Assembly: GCF_009914755.1 (NCBI RefSeq)
Contig: NC_060926.1
Length of the DNA: 64,000 nt
Strand: one strand, 5' to 3'
Source of the DNA: the human T2T-CHM13v2.0 reference genome, Homo sapiens
How positions within the stretch are numbered: the first letter of the stretch is position 1; every line of letters starts with the position of its first letter. The position numbers and the translations under genes are program-made. This document shows, in pieces, positions 55,536 to 64,000 of this stretch. The notes beneath the pieces are model-generated. The model searched no databases. It saw only the letters and a list, made by a program, of their open reading frames with translations, and was not told the origin of the DNA.

Positions 55536-55775
55536 AAATGCCATGATCAAATAAATTACTTATATCCTGTTTGGTGATTTTTAGAAAAACATATTTATCT
55601 ACATCTAAAATACTTATTTTAATTTTAAACACTTGATGGTATGAAATGAAATTTTGTTACTTTACCATTGTAACTATGTCATAAAGTCATAAAGTACCTG
55701 TCCCCAAAAAGGCAACCAGTAAATATTTTTGAGTAAATGAATGAAATCTTTATTGCCGGTGTTCTGTGCACATAG

Positions 55776-55781
55776 AATAAA
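55776..55781 (+). terminator. Candidate distal polyadenylation signal AATAAA
   Basis: Canonical hexamer in non-Alu sequence ~8.9 kb after the stop. Other AATAAA hexamers exist upstream (e.g. 50116). Confidence 0.55.
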
Positions 55782-56039
55782 GGAAATTATTAATGTTACT
55801 TAATAGTTTAAAAAAATTCAGAAGCCAAGCTATCCATAAAGCTACTTTGTGATGTGCTGAATACTCCATTAATAGAAGTGTTTAAGAGGATGTTGTATGC
55901 CTGCCTTCCACTCATGCCTGTGTTAGATGTGAACATAGATTTATAATATAGTACTATACAAAATACAACTAAAATAGTTGGTAACCAAGTAGTCATTTGT
56001 TCCTTCTATATCTTTTTTCTCTTTTTCTTTTTTTTTTGA

Positions 56040-56144
<105 letters not shown>

Positions 56145-56599
56145 TGAGTAACTGGAATTACAGGCACGCACCACCATGCCCGGCTAAATTTCTTTGTTTG
56201 TTTGTTTGTTTTTTGTATTTTTAGTACAGACGGGGTTTCTCCATGTTGGCTAGGCTGGTCTCAAACTCCCAACCTCAGGTGATCTGCCCTCCTCAGCCTC
56301 CCAAAGTGCTGGGATTACAGGCGTGAGCCACTGCGCCCGACCCCATCCTGTTCCTTCTATATCTTATTACTAGATGATCATTGAACCAAGAAATGTTTAA
56401 AGATAAGGGTTTTTTACAAGGTTAGTGAGAGCATTATTTCCCACAATGTCTCATGAAACACCATCCTGTAAGATACTATGAGAAGTTTCCTTGATATTCA
56501 TTCTCAGATTCTCCATACTATATTCTTTCTCAGATATTTATAATATATATATTAATATTGGAAGAGCTGAAAAGTCCTACTGTAAAGGAACCTACTTTA

Positions 56600-56912
<313 letters not shown>

Positions 56913-57486
56913 TTAACTTGGTTAAACTCTGAATGTTCCAAATGTATTTGATGAAGGTACTCTTTTTTTCCAATAACATCTATGAAACCAGTTCCTGTAA
57001 AATCCAGATTTCATAGAAGTAGTCTCTTATAAAACAGAACTCATTTTGCCTGACATGATCTAGAGACAAATTCCTTAAACTATATATGGTCCAGAGATTC
57101 TCTAGTCTAAGAATGACCATAGCCTTAAAAGTGAACCACCTGAATACCATATTCTCTCCCTTACCTCCACCTCTCTTCTGCCAGAGCCCAGTGTGTCCTC
57201 TAGCTCCACTGACTCCTATCCCTGTCCTGATTTTTCCATTCCCACCCAAAGATATGGAACCCATTTGTCATACAACAGTTGCTTATTGACCATGTGTGCC
57301 AGATCTTATGCTACACACTGGGGATATAGCAGTAAACAAAACATACATGGCATTATTACTGTGTTCTCTGTCTTTTCCTGTGTTTCACCCCAGGAGGGAG
57401 AACCCCACAGTCTCATGTCCTAGAGCTTTACCACCTTGAATCTTCTAGCACCCAGAGCTCTCCAGGTACTGGGTTGGGAAGCAGCT

Positions 57487-59770
57487 TGATATGGTTTGGC
57501 TCTGTCACCCCCCAAATCTCATCTTGTAGCTCCCATAATTCCCAGGTGTTGTGGGAGGGACCCAGTGGGAGATGATTGAATCATGGGGGCGGGTCTTTCC
57601 TGTGCTGTTCTCCTGATAGTGAATGGGTCTCATGAGATCTGATGGTTTTTAAACCGGGAGTTTCCCTGCACAAGCTCTCTCTTTGCCTGCTTCCAACCAC
57701 GTAAGATGTAACTTACTCCTCCTTGCCTTCCACCATGATTGTAAGGCCTCCCCAGCCACATGGAATTGTAAGTCCAATGAGCCTCTTTATTTTGTAAATT
57801 GCCCAGTCTCAGGTATGTCTTTATCAGCAGTGTGAAAACAAACTGATACAGTAAATTGGTACCAGTAGAGTGGGGCACTGCTGAAAAGATACCCAAAAAT
57901 GTGGAAGCAACTTTGGAACTGGGTAACAGGCAGAGGTTGGAACAGTTTGGAGGGCTCAGAAGAAGATAGGAAAATGTAGGAAAGTTTGGAACTCCCTAGA
58001 TACTTGTTAAATGGCTTTGACCAAAATGCTGATGATGATATGGACAATGAAATCCAGTCTGAGATGGTCTCAGATGGAGATGAGGAACTTGTTGGGAACT
58101 GGAGCAAAGGTGACTCTTGCTATGTCTTAGCAAAGAGACTGGTGGTGTTTGCCCCTGCCCTAGAGATTTGTGGAACTTTGAACTTGAGAGAGATGATTTA
58201 GGGTATCTGGTGGAAGAAGTTTTTAAGCAGCAAAGCATTTAAGAGTTGACTTGGGTGCTGTTAAAGGCATTCAGTTTTACAAGGGAAGCAGAGCTTTGGA
58301 AAATTTGCCCCTGACAATGCGATAGAAAAGAAAATCCCATTTTCTGAGGAGAAATTCAAGCTGGCTGCAGAAATTTGCATAAGCAATGAGGAGCCAAATG
58401 TTAATCCCCAAGACAGTGGAGAAAATGTCTCCAGGGCATGTCAGAGGTCTTCACAGCAGCCCCTCCCATCACAGGCCCGGAAGCCTAGGAGGAAAAAGTG
58501 GTTTTGTGGACTGGGCCCAGGGTCCCTGTGCTGTGTACAGCCTAGGGACTTGGTGTCCTGTGTCCCAGCCACTCCAGCCATGGGTGAAAGGGACCAACAT
58601 AGAGCTCAGACTGTGGCTTCAGAGAGTCCAAGCCCCAAGTCTTGGCAGCTTCCACATGGTGTTGAGCCTGCAAGTGCACATAAGTCAAGAATTGGAGTTT
58701 GAGAACCTCCGCCTAGATTTCAGAGGATGTATGGAAATGCCTGGATGTCCAGGAAGAAGGTCGCTACAGGGGCAGGGCACTCATGGAGAACCTCTGCTAG
58801 GACAGTGCAGAAGGGAAATGTGGGGTCAGAGCCCCCACACAGAGTCCTCATTGGGGCACTGCCTAGTGGAGGTATGAGAAGAGGGCCATCATACTCGAGA
58901 CCCCAGCATGGTAGATCCACCCACAGCTTGCACTGTGCACCTGGAAAAGCCACAGACACTCAATGCCAGCCCATGAAAGCCGCTGAGAGGGAGGCTGTAC
59001 CCTACAAAGCCACAGGGACAGAGTCGCCCAAGGCCATGTGAACCCACTTTCTGCATCAGCATGACTCGGATGTGAGACATGGAGTCAAAGGAGATAATTT
59101 TGGAGCTTTAAGATTTGACTGCCCCACTGGATTTCGGACTTGCTTCTGGCCTGTAGCCCCTTTGTTTTGGCCAATTTCTCACATGTGGAATGGCTGTATT
59201 TACTCAATGCCTGTATCCCCATTGTATCTAGGAAGAAACTAACTTGCTTTTGATTTTACAGGCTCATAAGCAGAGGTACTTGCCTTGTCTCAGTTGAGAC
59301 TTTGGACTGTGGACTTTTGAGTTAATGCTGAAATGAGTTAAGACTTTGGGAGGACTGTTGGGAAGGCATAATTGGTTTTGAAATATGAGGACATAAGATT
59401 TGGGAGAGGCCAACAGTGGAATGATATGGTTTGGCTGTTTCCCCACCCAAATCTCATCTCGAATTCCCACATGTTGTGGGAGGGACTGGGTGGTGGGAGT
59501 TAATTGAATCATGGGAGTAGGTCTTTCCCATTCTGTTCTTGTGATAGTGAATAAGTCTCATGAGATCTGATGGGTTTTAAAAAATGGGAGTTTCCCTGAA
59601 CAAGCTCTCTTCTCTTGTCTGCCAACATGTGAGATGTGCCTTTCACCTTCTGCCATGATTGTGAGGCCTCCCCAGCCATGTGGAACTGTAAGTCCATTAA
59701 ACCTCTTTCTTTTGTAAATTGCCCAGTCTCAGGTATCTCTTTATAAGCAGTGTGAAAACGAACTAATACA
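57487..59770 (+). mobile_element. Full-length THE1 (THE1B/A-like) MaLR provirus: LTR 57487-57850, internal 57851-59421, LTR 59422-59770
   Basis: Both LTRs run tgatatggtttggct...ataca. Internal region begins gtaaattggtaccagtagagtgggg. 5-bp TSD cagct/tagct. Confidence 0.93.
59501..59511 (+). promoter_or_regulatory. DUX4-type motif TAATTGAATCA in the THE1 3' LTR
   Basis: Exact match to TAAYBBAATCA. MaLR LTRs are established DUX4 targets. Binding at this copy is untested. Confidence 0.55.
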
Positions 59771-60014
59771 TAGCTCAAGGACATTTTAGGTTAGTGGCTG
59801 AGAGGAACATAGGAAGGAACTTGGAGATAACTACATGACGAAGGTCACAACAGGCTTCTGTCATAGGCTATAATTGGGGAAGAAGCACAAGGAACTGCTG
59901 GAAGTGAAACCATCACTGTACTTTCTCCTTTCTTTTTTTTCCAGTCTTTCTTTTCCCTCCCTCCCTCCCTCCCTCCTTTCCTTCTTTCCTTCCTTCCTTC
60001 TCTTCTTTCTATGA

Positions 60015-60164
<150 letters not shown>

Positions 60165-60233
60165 TAATTTTTTTGTAGAGATGGGGTCTCACTCTGTTGC
60201 CAGGGCTGCTCTCAAACTCCTGGACTCAAGTGA

Positions 60234-60422
<189 letters not shown>

Positions 60423-62329
60423 TGAGTAGCTGGGACTACAGGTGAGTGCCACCACCCCCAGGTAATTTTTGTATTTTTGTAGAGATTGGGTTTCGCCATG
60501 TTGGCCAGGATGGTCTCCATCTCTTGACCTTGTGATCCACCCACCTTGGCCTCCCAAAGTTCTGGGATTACAGGCATGAGCCACCACGGCTGGTCTCATC
60601 ACTTTATTTTCAATGTATGAGCAAGATGATTAAACTAGGTATCTGATCAAGGAATGCTTTCAACATTGATGCTGATTAGGAATACTGGAGAACTTTCAAA
60701 GTAAGAAGAAACAAAGCTAGGAATTGGTTTGGCTAAGTTACCGGGCAGTATTTATTGTAGTGGTCTGTATTAATTGTTGCTTACTTACACTGCAGCACTA
60801 GGTGTGTTGAGTTTCCATAATTTGTTGCATATATTGCAAGGTCATCAACTAATAGCTAATTGATTTTTAGAGCATGAAAGGACCTTGTAGAGATTATATG
60901 GGCATAGCCTGCTCACAATTTAACATTTTAAAGGGAGAAGCCTAGGGATTCTGGGGGTAGAAAAGTAACGTTTTTACCCTTTCACTTTGGATTTTTCTCA
61001 TATAGGGCCTTCTGCAAATATGTGCTTAAGTCTATGATGCTATTATATTCATAGGATTTTTTAAGCTTTCAAGGAAGCGTAGATTCAGAAGAAATTTGAA
61101 AACAATTTTAAAAAATATTCTTGATACAGAACCTTTGAGGGAGATGCAAATGTTCTGAATGCCAAATTTACTTAGATTTAAAAATACATATCTTCAAGCA
61201 AAGTTGCCATGACAACCTTTCTTAATGTGTGTATAAATTTTATCTCTGTCTCTTTGAGGTTTTTATATTTTCCAGTACAGGGTCTAATTACAAGAATTGA
61301 GCTCTGTGGTATATTTCTATCTGGATGGTGCCCTGTAGAAATTATGTAATATTAGAAAATGCAAATCAAGCAATAGGGCAGTCCTATAGCACAGTGATGC
61401 CACAAAGATAAATGTCATCTTGTTCTCTCTGTGATCAGAGGTTTTTCTGGTTTCAAACCCAAGATGAAATTTGGGATTGAAGTAGAACTGTGAATCTGTT
61501 CTGTTTCTCTTTTTTCATATCTAGAAGATTCACAGGGTGATCTTAGGAAGTTTGGTACATTCTGGACCAACTCTCTTGGTTAGCCCTAAAACTGATCCAG
61601 CTACCTTGGGCTCTTCTCAATCTAATCAGTAGCTGATACCATAGGATGTCTCAGAACCACAAGACCCTTCTCTGCAATGGCATGCATGTGCACAGAGATC
61701 ATCCAGAAGCAGCTTCCGGCCTAAGCCCCAATCCAGCAAACACTCCGGGTATACCTCTTCACTTCCTTTTACACAATTTCCATGCCCAGCCTTCAAACAA
61801 AACACTTGAAAGATGTCCCACAGTCCATGTTATGATGTTTATAAAGGTTTTTGAGTTCATTTTTATTGTAAGAGGCACAATCACTACTGGCTATATAATT
61901 TGTGAGACCTAGTCGAGGAGGAAATCTCCTCTTCTCATGGCCCTGCCTTTTCAACCTTTGGTGTATGCAACCCCAAGGAACTGAAATCTCCTGCACTGGG
62001 ACACTTTACTGACTGGGGTGGTCTAAAGAGCCCTGCCAGTCACGTGGTGAACATGCTGTGGTGCTGCCAGCCCAAAGCAGATGTTTCCTTGCCTTTCCTG
62101 AAAATTCTCCAAAACAGACTGCTTGTGGGCCCCCTCCAAACTTCACCCAGATCCCCACCGGAGGCTGAGGGTGACCACAGGGAAAAGTGAACCTCCCCTC
62201 CACTCTCCTGCCAATGTAATCCAATGACTGCTCAGAGCAGAAGGCAATAGTGGTTGTAGTAGTGAGCAGAGCTGGGGAGAGGAAGGCTGGGTGGGGATCA
62301 GGGCACCAAGGAGCAGGCAGCTAGTCACT

Positions 62330-62830
<501 letters not shown>

Positions 62831-63096
62831 AGTATAATTGGCCCCCGGACATGTCTGACTTTAGAGGGCATGGTACTTGTGACTCGGTGGTTTCTGAGGG
62901 CTATCCTTCTTGGTTGTATGCTAGTTGTTCTTGCAAATATCCATAAATGTCTCATTCACGATTTTTCTTTTAAGTGGTTTAAATCTCTCTAGAATGTCTT
63001 ACAATTCTTTACAAAATAGGCAATGAATAGATGCCAATCTTTTTGTAAAAAAAGAAAAAAACAATTTCATAATACACATTTATTAAACTTGCAAAA

Positions 63097-63097
<1 letters not shown>

Positions 63098-63138
<41 letters not shown>
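63098..63138. repeat. Pure (TA)~20 microsatellite replacing the tail of an antisense AluJ
   Basis: Direct reading. Confidence 0.95.
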
Positions 63139-63142
<4 letters not shown>

Positions 63143-63252
63143 AAACATGGTCTCTCACTCTGTCGCCTAGGCTGGAGTGCAGTAGCATGATCATTGCTCA
63201 CTGCAGCCTCAACCTCCAGGGCTCAAGTGATCCTCCCACCTCAGCCTCCTGA

Positions 63253-63435
<183 letters not shown>

Positions 63436-64000
63436 TAATACACTAAAAATCTCTTTTCTTAAACCATTTCACTCATGAAACTCTTACTTTCCTGTATATT
63501 AACCATAATTGCCAGAAAATTTTCTGCTGGAAGTTAAAATGATGTTTTCCCCTGAAATATCATTATAAAACCCTATGAAATATTTCAGTGATATGAATCA
63601 TTCACTTAGTCATATGGGTAGACATTTAGATAATAGAAGTAGTTAACAGAAATCTGTGAGAAATATATATTGTTAATTCCTGTGGAGGAGGAAGGAAGAA
63701 ATCCTACTGAAATATTTTAATTGTAGTTAAATTCAGTGTTCCCTGCCATTTTAAAATATCAAGATTATTCTGTTCTACTCCTTTCCTTCCAAGAGGATAC
63801 ATGAAATAACTTTGATAAAATCATGAATCAGTTTTTGTTTGCTGTTAACCTCTTCTGTATTCTATTTCATGAAAATAGCAATTGGTGGCCAAGAATACCC
63901 TTATTCTTATCAACCTTGCACTACATAAATGAGACATTATTACCAAGCATCATAGTATTCAGTTAGCAATTTTGTCAAAGTATAATCTCTTTGTTTGCAA

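Noticed and set aside
57986-59080. ORFs within the THE1 internal region
   Set aside because: Broken remnants of the MaLR internal ORF in several frames, not an intact gene.

Overview
Human (primate) genomic DNA with no prokaryotic features. The window covers the 3' part of the orphan cytochrome P450 gene CYP20A1 on the + strand. Ten GT-AG coding exons (exons 4-13 by recalled numbering) splice into one frame from residue ~97 to the TAA at 46863-46865. An Alu-saturated 3' UTR of ~9 kb follows, then downstream sequence with a full-length THE1 (MaLR) provirus. Much of the window is Alu, plus L1, L2, MER and LTR fragments, and apart from two exon-containing ORFs nearly all supplied ORFs are Alu or microsatellite artefacts. 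The most interesting signals are: (1) a candidate 71-nt poison exon in intron 7 whose acceptor is paired into an RNA hairpin that loops out the donor; (2) unique intron-7 sequence copied with its AluSc into intron 11; (3) inverted Alus tightly bracketing frame-shifting exon 6; (4) several fold-back or inverted-Alu collapse scars, one making a tight dsRNA hairpin in the 3' UTR; (5) a THE1 with discordant LTRs and a DUX4-type motif; (6) degenerate P450 catalytic motifs. Repeat subfamily names, exon numbering and SNP IDs come from memory, not from searches.
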